A stretch of DNA of 63,110 nt, filler included, from Kipferlia bialata (lineage: Eukaryota): the NCBI GenBank assembly GCA_003568945.1. It is 8 parts of 8 records of this genome, joined end to end, with 100 filler letters (N's around TTAATTAATTAA, not from the genome) between each part and the next. Parts side by side here need not be neighbours in the genome. Positions count along the whole stretch, not along the records: positions 21,577 to 32,255 come from BDIP01001372.1; positions 32,356 to 43,032 come from BDIP01001373.1; 6 more parts are not named here. One strand, 5' to 3'. Positions 25,141 to 39,423 of the stretch are shown piece by piece. Every line of letters begins with the position of its first letter. The first letter of the stretch is position 1. The notes under the pieces are model-generated. The model was given only the letters and a program-made list of their open reading frames with translations. It had not been told where the DNA came from and searched no databases. A program made the translations under genes and the position numbers.

Positions 25141-28100
25141 ACTCTCAGCAAGGACACTGCCTGGGGAGTGAGGTGAGTATGAGTAATAGTGTATATGTGT
25201 ACTATACCTAGGAGGTCCAGGTACCATGCGGCGTGTGCGTGTGATGCAGAGAGAGCACGGGTCACCAGCTGCTTGGCAAGAGTACGGGCATAGGCAGGCT
25301 GGGCCTGGGGGGTCAGAGAGAGAGAGAGAGAAGAGTAGGAGTAAAATCTGGAAAAACTGTCACTGGCAGAGAGAGGCTGGGTCTAGACAGAAGCCACTAG
25401 GAGAGAGAGAAAGAGAGAGAGGTACCTGGGGCACCAGGAGAGCAATTAGCTGCAGGGACTGCTTGCAGGATGCCTCGTTGGGGGTGTCGAGGTATCTGTT
25501 GAACAGCCTGACGTAAGTAAAAGATACACTGTATCCACAGTGAACAGTGTAATATATATACCCACCTAGGCAGCAGCTGCTTGGCGAGTGCCGACTCCTT
25601 GGGTGCCTCTCCCTCCCTGTGCCTCAGCAGCCTTGTCAGGGAGAGCAGGCATGCCCCGCACATGGGCTGCTCTGTGGATGCACACCCGTTGATGAGGAAG
25701 GAGGCGACCGAGGCTCCGGAGGGGAGGGTCAGGGTCAGGGAGGCAGGGTCCGAGTAGCCCTTCCTGCCCAGAGCAGGGAGGAGAGACCACAGGAGGTCGA
25801 GGCGCAGAGCAGTGTCACCTCCGTCGGGGTTGTCGGCCTGGGGGTGAGGGAGGGTAGATACATACATATATACACTACGCATACTGCTTTGACTACACAC
25901 TACACACCTTGTTGACGTCTGTGATTGCTGGCACGACGTGTGAGAAGAAGGTGAGGATGGAGTCACGCTGGGAGTGCTTGGCCAGGATGGACAGAGCACC
26001 TAGGGGGTGAGGATGATATACACTAATACTAATGGAAAATAGGACACCATATATAAAACAATATTGATTTACATACACGCATCCGTACCCAGGGGTGCTG
26101 TGCGCAGTGGAATAACAAATGTATGTACTCACTAATACATATGTAACACATATACTTATCTATCTATATATACACATCTATATATATTCTATCCACCCGT
26201 ACCCAGGGGTGCTGTGCGCAGTGGGATGACCTCTGTGAGCACAGACAGGGGCAGGGCACCCACAAGGCCCTCGAGGGTCTCGCCAACACCTGGGGGTAAG
26301 GGGAGAGTAGGCTAACTGTATACACACTTCATAGATTGGATAAAGAGAACAGAGCAAGTGTTGATACCTCTGTAGTTCTTCCTGGCACCCTCTCCTGCAA
26401 CCTTGTCCTGGGGGTGAGAAGACAGCATAGTCAGATATACTTTGTACATACAGAATGTAACCATACATACCTGGTTGATGTGGAGTGCGAGTAGGGATGC
26501 GAGGAAGGGTGAGAGGGAGGACAGGGCAGGGGAGGGTGTGTGCTTGGTGCCACCCTGGGCCATGCACTCAGAGCACAGGGCAGACAGGGCAGGGCCTAGA
26601 ACGTTAGATGCAGCCAATATATATATACATATATATATTGGCAGCTGATGTATATATATACTATATAATATGCACTCAGAGCACAGGGCAGACAGGGCAG
26701 GGCCTAACTTGTCAGCAATATGGAGTGAATATTTGTATATACAACATATATATACAATATAATACATATACTCAGAGCACAGGGCAGACAGGGCAGGGCC
26801 TGGGATTAGTGGATATATATCAAGAATGTATATGATATATGATACATGCACTCAGAGCACAGGGCGTAGAGGGCAGGGCCTACAGGCGGTAGGGTCATAT
26901 ATATATAGGGTATATAGATATGTGTGTATACACAATACATATGTACTCAGAACAGAGGGCAGACAGCCCAGGGCCAGGGGTGAATAGGAATACATATATT
27001 AGTAACCATATATACCGTACCTGTGAACTGCATAGCGTACAGCTGCCTGAGGGACAGGAGGGGCATGAGGGTCTCAACCACGGACTGGCCCATGCCACCC
27101 TCCATGATGGCCCTAGGGTGAGTATAAGAATAATGGTGTCTTATACATAGATAAAAAGACAGATAGGAGAGGGGAGCCAGGGTATACTTGTTCCATACCT
27201 GGCCAGTATGTGTGCACTTGATGTGAGGGATGTGCAGAATGCCTCTGCCACAGTCTCATCCCCGTGGAAGGTGGTCAGAAGACCAACGGCCCTGGGATCA
27301 GTACTGGAAGAAAGCCACATATATAAATAGTCTATGTATACATATACTACCATACCTCACTAGTGGTGGCAGGGCAGCTGGGTTGGGTCCCCCTAGCTGC
27401 AGAGTGGCAGCGGTGGCAGCAATGGAGGCCTTGCACAGGGCAACACCCTGGGAGGGTCAGATACGACGTACCATCCTAGACTTATACTGCATACTATGAA
27501 GTGGATATATACCTCAGTGACGGAAGTGGGCTCTGGCACATTCTCCAGAGCTATATATTACGCATATATATACATATATATACATACATACATACCTCTG
27601 TGACTGATGTGGGCTCTGGCACATTCTCTAGCAGTGTGAGTGCACTCTGCACCCTGGAGAGAGGGACACCAACAGATATGGCAGCATCGAAGAAGCCACC
27701 CACGGCAGACACAACCATGGCCTGGGGTCAGGAAGGTACAATATATATATAAAGGTATATTAGTCAACATATATATACAACCACAACCATGTCCTGGGGT
27801 GGGGAGGGGACGATATATAGCAACATATACTATTACCAATCAAACTGAATATACCAGTATGGGTGAATGGATACATACCTTGCTGGCAGCCTCTGATGGT
27901 AGGGTGGCCACGACCCTAGCTGTCCTGGAGTCAGTACTATACACTGTGCAACATAGAGCATACATCTAGTAATATCTATCTAGTATCTATCATAGTAAAG
28001 TATAATGTATACCTTCCAAGGAGAGTGGTCATGACACGCTCAGGCAGAAGGAGGCCAGACAGCACCAGAGGGGAGGCAGAGAGAAGGCGGAAGGACTGAC

Positions 28101-29118
28101 CACTGTTCTTGGGGTTGGAGGGGTCCAGGGCCTGGGGTTAGGGGGAGATGCATCTATGTATATATACATAGAGAGAGAGAGAGAGAGAGAGCTAGATATG
28201 TTTGGAGGGGTCCAGGGCCTGGGGGTGAGAGGGGGAGAGGGGGAGAGACATAGATGAGAGAGGGAGAGGATATTGGGAAGTAGGAGGTCTGGGAAGAGAG
28301 AATCCGGCATAGTGACAGATACCGATGTGGACACTGCTCACCTTGGCGCTATATAACGAGACACAAACACATAGAGAGCACAGACATATAGATACACCCA
28401 TAGAGATATGGACACATACCTTGGATGCCGTGTCACAGATAGCAGCACACACCAGAAGGGTGGTGGCCAGGGTCAGGTCCGGTGCCTGTCCGTAGTCGAA
28501 TGTCTGTGTGGCAGGGTCGAAGGGGGGGACTGGGCCGGGGGGTGGTGACCCGACTGACACAGTGGTCCCATCGGCACTCAGGAACCCTGGGGGTGAGGGA
28601 GAGTACAGACCACACGTAGAGAGAGATATACAGGGTATATATGTATGCAATATGTGCCCTGTGTGACCTGAGAGTGAGTCCAGGCCCTGGGACTCGAGGA
28701 TCATCAGGGCAGCAGAGCCAAGGGATCCAACCACAGCATGGGTGCTGGAGATGGCTGCTGCGTTCACAGTAGGGCGGGGGTCAAAGGCCAGGGTGCACAG
28801 GGTGCGTGTGGCGAGGGGGACAAATGTGGGGAGCGCTGGGGACCTGATAGGGGTCAGGAGCAGAGCAGCCAGAGCGTGACACACTGCCACGGCGGGACGG
28901 GGGTCCCTCTCCTTCATGGCGACTCCACCAAGGATGTTCAGGATCTCCTCTGCCTTGCTGGCCAGTGTGGCTGGGGCTATGAAGGGGAGCTGGTTGGCAA
29001 GCACCTCGATAGTGGTGGCCAGAAGTTCTGGGGCAATCTTCTCACCATTGGCCTGCTGGATGAGCTTATGAAGGCATCCAGCCAGCAAAACCACCGGAGA
29101 CGGTCCGTTAGCTTGCAT
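21577..29118 (-). CDS. RRP12: RRP12-like HEAT-repeat ribosome biogenesis protein (many exons, internal N gap 24582-25086)
   Basis: LAFDPRPTV in the N-terminal HEAT region, KGEDGRLVL, and C-terminal AGGDIV...PFAYIPLHQRNLNRRY matching the RRP12 tail GDVK...DPYAYIPL. Start codon uncertain. Confidence 0.8.
26560..26980 (-). repeat. Exon 5'-half echo array in an RRP12 intron (5 copies)
   Basis: Plus-strand ACTCAGAGCACAGGGCAGACAGGGCAGGGCCT variants at ~26566, ~26674, ~26770, ~26850 and ~26945. Confidence 0.9.
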
Positions 29119-29251
29119 ACACGCCTCAGGACAGCACGAAAACGATGTCACTGAGTGCAAGTTGAGATGTGCTTGTTTTTGTTTGAGAGAGTGACCTAAG
29201 GGTGCAGGAACGATGTCAACCGGGCGCTACTCTGCCTGTTTCACCTCGGCC

Positions 29252-29957
29252 ATGGCACCAGAGGTCGAGTTCCTTCCATCTGAGGTGTGTTATGTGGAGT
29301 TGAGGCCTAAATGGCGTGACTTGGAGCAGTTTTATGCGAAATGGTGCTCTGGTTTTTGCACTGTGAAGCTCTGATTGTCTCTTGTCTGTTTTCTGATCTC
29401 AGGAGGAGGAGACCATGCAGGGGACCCCTTCCTCCCCTGCTGAGGAGCTAGACGTGAAGCTGAGGCGGTATTCGGAGCGGATACGGCGGCTGAGGCGTGC
29501 CCTCCAGCAAACAATGCGCCATGTGCACGAGGCCAACCCTGCCTACGAGGTGATATCCCAGGCCCTGAGGCAGGATGACAGCGACCGGTTCCTGTCCCAG
29601 CACCTGGCTGCAGATGTGGAGGTAGAGGAGGAGGACGAGGAGATGAGTGTGTCAATGGATGAGGAGCTGCCCCTAGTGTGCTCCTTCACACAGGGAGACC
29701 CCTCTGAGGAGGAGGCCGCCCACTCTGCCAGCCGGCTGGTGCACTCCTTCATCGACCCTGCTCAGATACCCCCAGTCTCCCTGGACGACCTCGATGAGAG
29801 TGGGAGCGAGGGCGAGGGCGAGGAGGCGCAGGATGCCGGCGTGCACCGCACCCTGTCCCAGACCCCCTTCAACAGCACCCTGCCCAACATGGACACGTAC
29901 ACAGCAGACATATCGGCCAAGATCGAGGCAGAGATCATGCGCATGAGTGAGCTATAG
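29252..29957 (+). CDS. Two-exon unknown acidic protein
   Basis: Exon 1 MAPEVEFLPSE (donor at 29285) joins in phase 0 to exon 2 from 29403 (EEETMQGT...); stop TAG at 29957; host-like codon usage. Confidence 0.65.
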
Positions 29958-30440
29958 GCACTGTAGGTTGTCTGTGGTAGTTTGCGGCATCTGTGTTTGT
30001 GCCGCGTGTTGATGTTTCTTCTTTCGCCCCAAGGTGTCACTGATAACTGTCCCTGGGGCCTGTATGTACTTGTTTAGTGTGTTCCCGAGTGTGTGTCTCT
30101 GAGTGTGTATGGGTATGGGTTGGACTGGTGTGGGCGGCAACTAGGATGAGTGTGTTAACCCCCCCCCCCCCCTTCTCCTCTTTCTTCACACACTCTGTAC
30201 AGGGAACTGTGTGTTGTCATGCCTTTGTATATGTATGTATATGTGGAGTCCAATAGATTGGTCTTCCCGTTTTGACGGAGTGTGTTTTCCCACTATTTGT
30301 TGTTATATGTATTACCATATATATATATCCATATCTGCCTGGTACTCTCTCTATTGTGCACATGATTAGAAAGACACAAAACAATAACAAACTACCAATG
30401 GTGATAGCACACACAGAAGAGTACCAACTAGGCTTCCACA

Positions 30441-30533
30441 CTATCTCTTCCTCTTTCCCTTGGACCCGGGCTGGTGATCGCCTGAGGTGAGATAATACAA
30501 GACATTATCATGTTGTATATGTGATAACTACCA

Positions 30534-30566
<33 letters not shown>

Positions 30567-31840
30567 AATACCCGGGCTGGTGATCGCCTGAGGTGAGATT
30601 TACACACGGGAAAAAATATATCACTTATACATGCATGTATATACATGTATATGTATATGTATATATATGTATATACATACCGATGTTCTTCTGTGTGGCT
30701 GCCTGCTCTGCCCTGGCAGCAGACATGAGACAGGACTCGAGGGACCTGGGGTTAGACTATAGTATATACACTATATGTTGTATACGTACACAGCGACACT
30801 TGCCGACATCGAATATGACTATACGAGAGACCTAGGAACTATATATTCCATCAATACACACCTAGGCCTGTCTATCACGAGGAATGGCACATGGGGCTTC
30901 ATGATCTTATGGACAGGCTTGTTCTGGAGGTCAGAGACAGCACAGTGGCTAATAGACATAATAGCACTACTCACCTTGACGGATGCCTTTTACCTAACCA
31001 ACACAATGTATATACATAGCACTATAGTAATCTTAGTCACCTTGACGGATGCCTTTGACCTGGCCCCCGCCCCCTTTGGGTTGTACACCATACGCTCCAT
31101 GGACCTGGTCTGGGGTCAGAGTTGACACGCACACCAATACATACATATAGAGAGAGAGAGAGAGGAGAAGGATACTCTGACAAGAAACACTCACCGTCTG
31201 CCTGATGTATGTGAGCACAAGTAGGGGGAGATATGTACACAGGGTATATATATATACAAATATATATATATATACACCCACCGTCTGCCTGATGTATGTG
31301 AGTACACAGCTCTGCAGGGCCTTGGCAGCTGCGGTGGAGTCTGCGGTGCCTTGGTGATAAGTTCGATACATACATAGACAGGGAAGTAGAAATGTGCCAT
31401 ATGTACTATGGTGGAGTATACATATACATAGACATATAGAGGTACCTGGACTGGGTCCCCCACATGCCTCCAGCAGATTGGCAAAGGGATCACCGGACTG
31501 ATCAGCTGGGGGTTAGGAGAGAGAGGGGTCCACACAATACATAAGATGAAGTAGTCTGAGTCGATGGGGAGTGGAGGGGGAGGGGAGGGGGGAGGGGGGG
31601 ATTGGTACCAGGAGAAGTGTCCAAATGTGCCAGAGAAACGTACTACGACATAGTGGGACCGCTTCGAATGCGGGTATATGTGTAAACACGATACCAAAGA
31701 GTATTGAATGAGAATACTGTAACACAGTACGTACACTTGTTGGGCCCACCCTTGGCGGCCCCCCGGCTGGCATTCACTCCCTGGTCCCTCCGATCCCTGA
31801 ACTCAGGGTCTCTGAGTACCCCATCGTAGCTCTCAGGCAT
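30441..31840 (-). CDS. Multi-exon unknown protein with basic C-terminus (GKRKR*)
   Basis: ATG at 31840 and a chain of GC-rich exons with GT-AG boundaries ending ...KNIGDHQPGSKGKRKR TAG. No family recognised. Confidence 0.55.
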
Positions 31841-31976
31841 CGGGTAGAGAGAGGAGCCTGTCTATCATTCAGCCTTCGCTTTCTACACCCTTATGACATA
31901 TTGCCGTTTTTGTCAATAGCCATAGTAACTTTGCTACGGCTGCGAGTTCAGCATCTGGTCTCTCCATACTCCGGTG

Positions 31977-32255
31977 ATGTTCCGCAACACATACCAGAGT
32001 GGTTTCCTGAGCATCTTGTATGCTGTAGGGTGAGTTTTTATGCCTTATGCAGTTGATCAGGGCACTATAGGTTATTGTATTTCTAAGAGCAGTTTTTGCA
32101 CTGTATTTTGCCTTATTTCAGCTCCAAGCCCCTTCAGATCTGGGACAAGGAGATCCAGAACGGCCATGTGAAGCGTATCACAGACCCAGACATCAACAGT
32201 TGTGTGCTGGAGATCATGGGAACCAATGTTGCCACCAACTACATCACATGCCCCG
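31977..32255 (+). CDS. CFAP20: Cilia- and flagella-associated protein 20 (BUG22), 3'-partial
   Basis: [62 protein letters not shown] is near-identical to the highly conserved CFAP20 N-terminus. Confidence 0.97.
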
Positions 32256-32355
32256 NNNNNNNNNNNNNNNNNNNNNNNNNNNNNNNNNNNNNNNNNNNNT
32301 TAATTAATTAANNNNNNNNNNNNNNNNNNNNNNNNNNNNNNNNNNNNNNNNNNNN

Positions 32356-32372
32356 CCCCCCCCCCCCCCCCG

Positions 32373-32411
<39 letters not shown>

Positions 32412-34665
32412 GATTACAGAGAGTGGACATGAGAGGATACTATAGACATTGATACACGATGCCCGTACCTCACGCATCTGCTGTCTGGTGGCTGTGGCCT
32501 TGCCAGTCTTGCCACCGGCCTTCCTCTTGGCCTGGGGGTGAGGGAAGATAAGGAGATAGTAATCGACGACACACCACACTGCCTAGCAGGCAGTGCCTAC
32601 TGACCTTGGGCGCCTCCTCCACCTCCTCCTCGACCTTCTTGGCAGGCCTCTTGCTGTACCTGATGACGCCACTCTCCTGCAGGTCAGACACACACAGACA
32701 TACACACTCAGTCACAGAATGTGTGTGTGATACTATACATCACTCCACCCACCTGGTCTCCGTTGACGACGTCTGTCTCCCTCCTCTCCAGGTTGCCCAG
32801 CATCTCCTGCATAGCGTCCTTGGCCCTGGTGGACGAGTTACCTGAGGCACGGTCCTGGGGTTGGGGGGGGGGGGACGTGTCTTATGTTACACATAGAGTG
32901 TCCCTAAGTAGGTGTCATGCATACACATACCTGTCCCCTGGCCAGGATGCGACCGAAGTCTCCGATGTCGGCAAAGGCATCATCCACGCCAGCAGCGGCC
33001 ATGACCTTGTTCCTGAGGGGTTAGAGATAGGGGGGTGTAGAAACAGAGAAGGAGAAACTGAGGAATGCAAACCTCTTCTTGTCTGTCTGCTTCTTCTTCT
33101 GCGACACCCTGGAGTGTGTGTCCATCTCTAGGGCCAGAAGGCGGTCGTCAAAGCCCTGGGCCTCGACATCATCTGGGGTCAGGGGGTGAGAGTGTACACA
33201 GGGGCAAGATACTGGCTATACATTGGATCACATATCAATAGACACACACGCACCCCCTCCCTCTAGCTCATCAGGCAGGTCCAGCTGCTCTGCCATCTGG
33301 GCACGGAAGTCGGGGTTGTCCATGAGACGGGACCTGGGGGTAGAGGGGGTATATTCACACATATATATGTACACATACAGAGTGTGAATGTAGCCACGTG
33401 TACCTGACCCTGGCGTCTCCCAGCATGCCAGATGCCTGCATGGCTGCCTCTCTCTCTCTCTCTCCCTCTGTGGTCTTGCCCAGCTCAGACACGGGCATGG
33501 CCTCTACCTCCTCCTCGCTGTCGTCATCTGCCATGCCATCCCCAAACAGAGCATCGGCAGCCTGGGGGTGGGGATGGGACTAGCGACAGAATAGGTATGT
33601 ATGCACATGCACTCAGTGTGCCGCACCTGTCCCTTGAGGGCCTGGGCCTCCTCGTCCACCTCCTCGGCCTCTCCCTCCTGAGAGGCAGCAGCTAGAAGGG
33701 CAGAGTGCACCCGGGACTGGAGCTTGGCCTCCAGAGACTTGACGTGCTCAATGGTGGCCCTGGGTGAGGAAGGACCAGTAGGGTTACACAGCACGTACAG
33801 AGACACTCACACAAACACAGCATACACACCTGATGTCCACAAGCTGGTCCACAACAGGGTGATCGGGAACAAACTCACCAGATGCCTGGGGGTAGAGGAG
33901 CGTGTAAAATAGAAAGATATATAGATATGGAAGGGTCAAATCGCGTATCTGAGCATATAATCATTGAGTCATTTGTGCGGGTTTGCATTGGTTAAACAAT
34001 GCCACCACACATATACACATACCCACATACCTTGAGGTGGAAGTAGAAGCTGAGGTTGACGAGGTAGTTGAGGTAGAGCTGGTTCTGCAGATCCAGCAGG
34101 GTGAGGCCCTTGCTGGTGTCCTTGGGCGTGGCAGCAGTGTTCTTCACACAGTCCCTGGCGTAAACAGAGTCATACACACGTACATATATGTTCAGTTGAA
34201 GCGCCTCTCGGCATACCTGAGCTCTGCCACTGTGCTCCTCAGCTCGGTCAGCAGAGTCACCAGCTCGGGAGAGTCCCTGTTGATAATGTCACGCACCTGG
34301 GCGGCAGACAGGCCAGCGAGGGACTCACGTCCCTCCACCACCACCTCCTGTTCGTCCATGGTGACCTCTGCTGTGTCAGCGCCAGACAGCAGTGCGGGAG
34401 CAGACACATCTGCAACACTCTCGCCCATCATGGCTGCCAGCAGCTCGTCCCCCATGTCCTCCTCTGTCACGCCGTGCATGGCGTGAGCCTCCTGCTCATT
34501 CACAGCCATCAGCTCGGCCTCATCCACAGCCTCGACAGGGTCCTCCTTCCCACGGGGGCCTCTCTTCTTCTTACCCTTCTTTCCCTTCTTGCTGTCCTCA
34601 CCAACGTAGTAACGGTCAGCCTTTGTGCCCCAAGCATCATCATCATTGGCCATGCCAGGATCCAT
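32356..34665 (-). CDS. UTP3: SAS10/UTP3 small-subunit processome component, 3'-partial
   Basis: AWGTKADRYY N-terminal motif, DSPELVTLLTEL, LYLNYLVNLSFYFHLK...DHPVVDQLVDIR (Sas10/Utp3/C1D domain). Start at 34665 or 34653. Confidence 0.85.
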
Positions 34666-35078
34666 GAAGGGAGCGGCTGAGCATGAGGCGACGTGGAGCT
34701 CCAGAATAGACCAAAAGTATGGGTAACGGATACGAATCTTAGTGAATGTCACTCAAAACGGAGACTTCAAAGCCTCTAATAGTAAGATCGCACCCTCGTC
34801 GTCACTATCGACAGGCTTCCGTGGCTTGCGGCTCTTCTTCTGGCCAGTTCTTGCCATTCTTCCACGAAGAGACAAGCTACTCTCTCAAAAGACAAAAAAC
34901 ACATGATCCTAGACCCTTTTGTCAATTCTCCAAGAATCCTTCATCACCCAGGTTCTAGTGAATAGTCGCTCTCCACGTCCGTAGTCTGTCTGAAAGGGAG
35001 TAGACGGAGCAGAAGGCTCCACTATCCATTTGAGTTACTGGTACGACGTTTCAGAGCCTGTGGCTTGGTTAGACCGGG

Positions 35079-38000
35079 ATGGCTGCTCAGCCTGAGCGTC
35101 AGAGGGAGCTCTCCCGTATTCGGGCGGAGCTCACCAGCTCTGGCATGGCCCTATTGCTCGACACAGAGTATGTGTTCCGTACTGTGAATGATTCATTGAT
35201 CCATGGCAGTTGGTGTGTCGTACAGGAGGCGTTGGCCTTGGTGTCTGAGATTGTTGGTCACCTGGGGGCTGACCTTGAGAGGCATATGAGTTCTATCTTA
35301 CCTGCCATCATTGTGAGGCTCGGGGATAGTACTATGAGTGTCAGGAAAGCTACTAGAGGTGTCCTGAGTGCCTATCTGGGTGTGACTAAGAATCCAGGTT
35401 AGTTGTACACTTGCCTCTGTCATGCATAGTCCCACTATTCCAAGTATTTTCGATGTCTATCCGCTGCTGTCGTTGTTCTGTGAGTGTGGGGACGGTATCT
35501 GCCCGACATGGACTCTACCAGCTGGGATATATCACTCAGGGTGATTAGTGTATGAAATCTGTCACAATTCTTTTGCCATATGTAGCCTTCTTCTCACTCA
35601 GGATTCTTGCTCAGCAACATCGTGCTGTATGGTTTCAACCACCCGGAACCGAGGTATGAGGTCTTGCTAGATTTGTGTCACCTACCAGTATATACAACCA
35701 TATCTCAACGCAATGTCTGTTCCACTCTCATGTTTCAGGCGGCGATTAGCTGTGATCGAGGCTGTCCTTCCCCTCTTCTTTGGTGACCAGGCGTTGTCCA
35801 AGCCGGCAGACTGTCTTGTGTCAGGGTGCGATATTCCTTCTTTCGTTGTCTTCATTGACTATTGAATGGTTCTGTGTTGTGGTATCAGTTTGATACTCTT
35901 CGAGTTTATCCTAACCATCAGTGAAGAGGGGCACATAGACACCTCTAGCCGACTGTACATGAAGCTGGTCGATGCTCTAGGTGCGTTCACCTTGCCATTT
36001 GCAGTCACCAGTATTTACTCTCCCTGTTCTCTCCTATGCCTCTGCTACTGACCTCAGGCGCCAAGCGTCTGGATGCCGACCCCTCCGTGGCACTGGCTGC
36101 CACCCGGACCCTGGCCTCTCTGCAGCAGAGCGGGAGTGGCCGGAAGGGGGAGGGGCCTGGCACTGTGACCCTCACCTCAGCCAACGTGCACTCCCCCATC
36201 ACATTCACCCACGGGGGTACAGGGGGAGGAGGAACGGGGGGACAAAGGGCAGGGTCGGTGTCTGCCGCAGCACACACAGCCACCCACACCCCCGTGCAGC
36301 GTGTACCAGTGCCTGTGCAGCACCAGTCTATCAAGCTGCCGGAGGGGCTGGCTCTGGCCCTGGAGGTGGAGAGGGAGCGCAGCACAGACAGAGGGGTCGA
36401 GAGGGAGAGTAGCCGCGATGCCGGGCCTCTCTCCCCCACGGCTGACAGGCTGCCCTACTCCAACGCGGCTGTGGTCATGGCCAGAAGCAGAGGCCGGATC
36501 AGCAGTGGGGGAGCAGGCAGCGGGAGAAACCGCCTTGGATCCAGCATGCAACTCTCCCGCACCATCCCTTCCTTCAGCGGACAGTCAACTGGGAGGGCCG
36601 CAGGGGGGAGCGAGACGGTACGTAGTACACACTGTTCGTTGTTCTCATTCTGTTTCTCTATCTGACTCAGCTCCCAAGCCGCAACGTTCGTGCCTCTCCA
36701 TCCCTGCAACTCATTTCCTCACCACCCACCAACGGTACCCCCACCCAGGCATGCATGTATATATGTGTACTCAACGGTGACTGGGTGCATTCACCAACAG
36801 TGTAGACTTGTATCTGTTTCGAATTCGATTGTTTCGCCCGTGTCTTATCTTCAGAATGCCACTTCACCTGGGTCAGAGGCTCTAGAACCATTCCCCTATC
36901 CAGTCCCCCCCTCTGTAGGCCCCAAGTCCCCCGGCCACACAGGCACCTCTCCCACCAGGGCACATGCCATCCGCTCCAACCCTAACACCGCGGCCCCCCA
37001 CCACGTCCCGTCCCCCCTGTCCCCCCTTCCTGCCACCAATGGCACAGGCCTGACTGTGGATGTGCACACCCCGGAGGCAGACGACGGGGATGCCGGCATG
37101 GACTCTCTCATCCAGGTATGGGCAGCGTGTGCAGTGTGCAGTGTATGGTGTTGTGGTGTCATGTTGTATCTTCTCACCCTGCAGGAGGTGTCTGACGACC
37201 TGGAGGAGGCCCCTCTCTACTCGTACTACCAGTCTGTCTCCAAGGCAAGCAGGGAGGGCTCCAACAGGGCAGGGCTGAGGGGTCCCCAGAGCGTGTCTCT
37301 GCCCCACACGGGTAGGACGCAGGTGCGCAACGGAGACTCGCCCTTCTCTGCTGAGCCCCGTGCCAGCAGCCGCGTTGCCCCCCTCCTGTCGTCTGGCATG
37401 CCCCTGGACACAGCAAAGGCGCCCTCGGACAAGAACCGCCGCAACTCTCTCATCATGCGGCGGCAGGCCCTGTCTGCTGGTGCTGTGCACTCTCTACTCA
37501 AGAAGAAGCAGATGTCCTATGCTCAGAGTGGCATGAACGGGGCATCTCCCGCTGGGGGCTACGACAGGCCCTCTGCCCCCTCTGAGCAGCTGGGTGCCCC
37601 CATGGCGCATAGGGGTGTAGGGGCGGTGCGGATCCAGACACGCTCCTACAGCAGGTCGGCATCCAGCAGCAAGGCCCGGTCCCTGGCCTCCTCCACTGCG
37701 TCCAGTCCATCCAGGCCCATGTACGGCACTAAGAGGTGGGGCAGCGTGTATACATATGTATATATGAATATATGTATGTGTATTTTTGAATGTATTTGTC
37801 ACATTGTCCCATGTAGTCTGACTCTAGGCACCACTCGCACAACAGCAACCACGTTGACCGCAACCAGAACCCTTCCGTGCCAGATGGAGGTTGGTGACCT
37901 TTGTATATTGAGCCCATTGACCTCTTTCATCTGTATCCCACCCTCTCTCGTCCTGACCTTCAGCCAGTGGATCAGGCTATGCATACACCGGGTCCGTGGC

Positions 38001-38948
38001 TGACCCCAAGCGTGCCATTGTGCAGTGTCAGTCCCTGGCCATCCAGCCAGACTGGGCAGCACAGGTGGGATGGGGTGGTGTCTGCCCCATACACTACTTA
38101 CTAACCCCCCCTCACCTCAGGTCAAGGCCTGCGGCATCATAGAGGAGCTTGCCCGTAACCACACCACCGCACTGATCCAGGCTGCGGGTGGGGACCTGGC
38201 CAGCGACACAGACGTGGGGGGAGGCAGTGACAGCAGTGTGCACAACATCGTCAAGGCCTTGCTGAAGCTGACCTCGTCCCCCAGGTCCAGAGTGGCCGGG
38301 GCCTCTCTCTCCGCCCTGGCCTGCACCCTCAATGTCCCAGGGCTCTACCCCTACATCGACCACCTGCTGCCCCTGGCCGTGTCGTGTATCATGCGTAGGA
38401 CAAGGTACGCGGTGCATGTGGTCTCACCCCCCCGCCCCCCTTTGTGTCTCACCCCAGTATCTCCTCCTCCTTCCTGTCTGTCGAGGCCGACTCCTGCCTA
38501 GTCAGGATCGGCAGCAACACCGCCCCCAAGCGTCTGCTCGGACTGCTCCAGTCACACGTGGCCTCCAAGAGCGGCAGAGTGCGTGAGCGCGTGGCTGTGA
38601 TGCTGATCCACAACATCGAGGCAGAGCTCGCCAAGGAGGGCAGGGCGCCCCCATCCCTGCCGTCCTCATACCACAGGATCAAGGGTGAGGGTGTATCTGT
38701 ATGTCTCCATATTTCTTGCTTGATACTTATGTGTGTTCCCCTCCGTACCCTCACCCCCAGGCAGGGTGGAGACTGTGGCCGAGACCCTTCGCAAGGACCA
38801 GTCCCCTGGGGTCAGGGACGCAGCCAAGAAGCTGAAGGTGGGACCTGCATTGTGTATCAAGTGATACGTGTCTCTCTAGTATGATCCCCTCTCATTACAG
38901 GCCTGTCTCAAGGGCGAGGCTGTGGACGTCACCCAACTGCTTCTCTAG
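35079..38948 (+). CDS. TOG/HEAT-domain microtubule-associated protein (TOGARAM/Crescerin- or CLASP-like)
   Basis: N-terminal TOG-like HEATs (SWCVVQEAL, IIVRLGDSTMSVRKAT), a long S/P-rich linker, and a C-terminal TOG (DWAAQVKACGIIEELARNH, SPRSRVA, DQSPGVRDAAKK); stop TAG at 38948. Confidence 0.75.
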
Positions 38949-39423
38949 GGACTATACGCCTTCTAGATTAGTGGGGTGCACCTAGGCAAACCCCAGGATC
39001 CGAGGCGTCCTCTATATCCGTAACAGGCCCGGTCTTATACTATTATGCTATTATGCTATGTTTTGTGTTGGTTGGAGGTCACTGATTGTCCTACCCACCG
39101 TACTTATCCGTGTCCTTGCTCTCTGGGTTGGTCCCAAGAGCGAGATTCCTATTTTGTGAGGAGCATTCGTGTAGTTTTCCATCTATACCCTGGTGATGTG
39201 TTGTGTGTGTGTGTGTGAGTGTATTATTAGTTGGAGAGGGTCGTCTCCTGGTACCAGACGCATCAGGCAATAGAGGGATACAACATCAGTCGCGTGTCTC
39301 ATCAGAACATACAACACTGATCAACTCATCACGGACTTGGACTATTCATTCATTCAAACAACACATATACATCGGGCCTAATGACCCAAGAACCACTACT
39401 TGCTACTCATCCCTCTACCAGTG

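Noticed and set aside
24512..25265. ORFs of more than 200 aa spanning the long N run
   Set aside because: They are artefacts of untranslatable N bases.
29118..29253. In-frame upstream ATG for RRP12 separated by a single TAG, hinting at TAG=Gln recoding or readthrough
   Set aside because: VPS25, SPT5, IQUB and the SDR end in TAG or TAA at the expected positions, so the code is standard. That ATG is the reverse complement of the neighbouring gene's start (CATG).
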